A DNA stretch of 64,000 bases, from NCBI GenBank assembly GCA_012026655.1, contig JAAILG010001328.1:1-64000 (forward strand). Direction: 5' to 3'. The notes under the pieces were generated by a model. The model was not told where the DNA came from. It searched no databases and worked only from the letters and a program-made list of their open reading frames with translations. The DNA is from Hydrolagus affinis (lineage: Eukaryota). Of the stretch, positions 62,440 to 64,000 are shown piece by piece. Both the position numbers and the translations under genes were made by a program. Position 1 is the stretch's first letter. Each line of letters opens with the position of its first letter.

Positions 62440-62622
62440 AAAATAATTTGGTCATTCAATCCACAACTGTTTTTGGGACACTGCTGTGCAAAATTGGCTG
62501 GCACTTTTTCACCCACAAATATACAGTTAATTCACTTTACAATATAGCACTGTGCACTGTGAAGTGCTTTGGGATGTCCAGAAGACATGAAAAGCACCAT
62601 ATCACATGCAAGGATTATTATT
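62440..62622 (+). mobile_element. Young SINE 3' two-thirds
   Basis: ttggtcattcaatccacaactg...gggacactgctgtgcaaaattggctg...atgcaaggattatta. Confidence 0.85.
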
Positions 62623-64000
62623 AAATTGATCTCCTTGTCCTGTGAGCTGGTATCAATTTGATGGGTCAAATAGTTTCCATTTGTAATGTAGATTTTGAGG
62701 TTTCTACTTACACTATTGTACAGGGAAAGATGCCCTTTCCCCCTCACTACTTTAATTTACCCATTGAGCATGGCCGCTGTTTTGTGGTGAATTTGAGGTT
62801 GAGAGGATGTGGCTCAGCAGCTGTCTGGAGAAGGCTGAATAAAGCCCCTTGTGATGTATTTCAGAATTATAGCAAAGGTTCTTGCCACACACCTCCATAA
62901 GTTGATTCATATGGAGAAACAATAGTTTATCAGTGGGAGGTATTCCTTTTGTAATGGCTTGTTTGGCGTCTGCTATGCATTATTCATACTACGCAGGAGT
63001 ATGGTATGACCCCCATGGTACTTGTGCTGGATAGTGAAGTATAATTGTGCATGCTGCACTCACAGAATTCAAAAGAATGATCTACAACTTGCCATTCCTA
63101 ATTTTAATTTTGGCTGGAAAGTTAGATAATGTTTTCCAAATGGACTCCAATTACTACATGTCAAGTTGTGATATGCAAGGTCAGTGGAACGTCATTCATA
63201 CAGAATTTGCATTGCTTTACACAGTCAGCAGTTTTCCACAATTTACACTAGCATCAATAAGAACTAGGTTTTCAAATTAACCGCAATTCTGCACCAAAAA
63301 CTTGGCTCTCACCAGCGATCGCAGCATTTGGAGAGAAAAAAAAACTCGCAAATATTTATAAACACCTTATCAAAACGTTTCAAAACACTTGACAATACAG
63401 TAATTCATGTTAAGTATAGCTACTGATTTTGTAGGCAAATTTAGCAGGCATTTTGCTCAAAGGTCCACCACCTGAAGTAAATGACCAATTTATCTGATGG
63501 ATCGGTGCTCAAGACAGACGCCTGAAGAAACTCCCTTCTTATTACTGTACACAACTCATAAAACACTTGTCAGTTTTCCATGTTGATGTTTTACTGCAAC
63601 CAGTCAACAGGGAGTTAAAACAGTTATACAAATGTTTGCTATGCACAAACATTTTAATGTACTGCAGATGCAGTGTTTGCTGTAAACATGTGCATATTTA
63701 ACAGGTTGCAAGGCTCGTTTGCTGGAATCGACTTACAGGAAACCATTGTCAACACTTTTTGTTGCTCACAATGTTGGAGTGAAAATTTCCCTTATACCAT
63801 GAATGGATTGGATGTGCACTGGCAACGGGTAACTAATCATAGGTAACTAATCATATGGCATGCAATGATGTGCTGAGAAATCTCCAACTCAGGAAGAAGT
63901 ATAGTTGAATTCCATCAATATGGGCTGATGTCATACAAAGGAGGAAACAATAAAACACAGGGCCTGCAAGAGGTTCGTCTGTATCAAAAGAACGGTTTGT

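Noticed and set aside
1037-63280. The many 60-145 aa ORFs in the six-frame track
   Set aside because: Short, often non-ATG starts, many overlap SINEs/LINEs (recurring WDTAVRNWLP and YIKCKDYYY peptides are SINE translations); none resembles a host protein I recognise

Overview
AT-rich, non-coding vertebrate genomic DNA. The repeat content points to a cartilaginous fish, most likely a chimaera such as Callorhinchus milii (inference from recalled repeat consensus, not a search). I found no recognisable host protein-coding gene, rRNA, genuine tRNA gene or CRISPR array. The only clearly protein-like ORF (43964-44380, minus) is a decayed C-terminal piece of an L2 LINE ORF2. The window is a mosaic of: (i) about 20 copies or fragments of a young SINE with a tRNA head, Deu domain and L2 tail; (ii) older Deu-domain SINEs; (iii) about 10 LF-SINE-like relics; (iv) CR1 and L2 3' fragments; (v) a Tigger/pogo-type MITE; (vi) Penelope-type terminal fragments carrying fossil hammerhead-ribozyme cores; (vii) an unclassified hairpin-rich interspersed repeat. 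Several repeat-free, motif-dense blocks look like conserved non-coding elements of a gene desert or large intron. There is one 100-N assembly gap. The most notable pattern is repeated short local duplication of unique sequence exactly at SINE/L2 tails. I cannot support a claim of a new gene system here. Repeat boundaries are approximate and family names come from recall.
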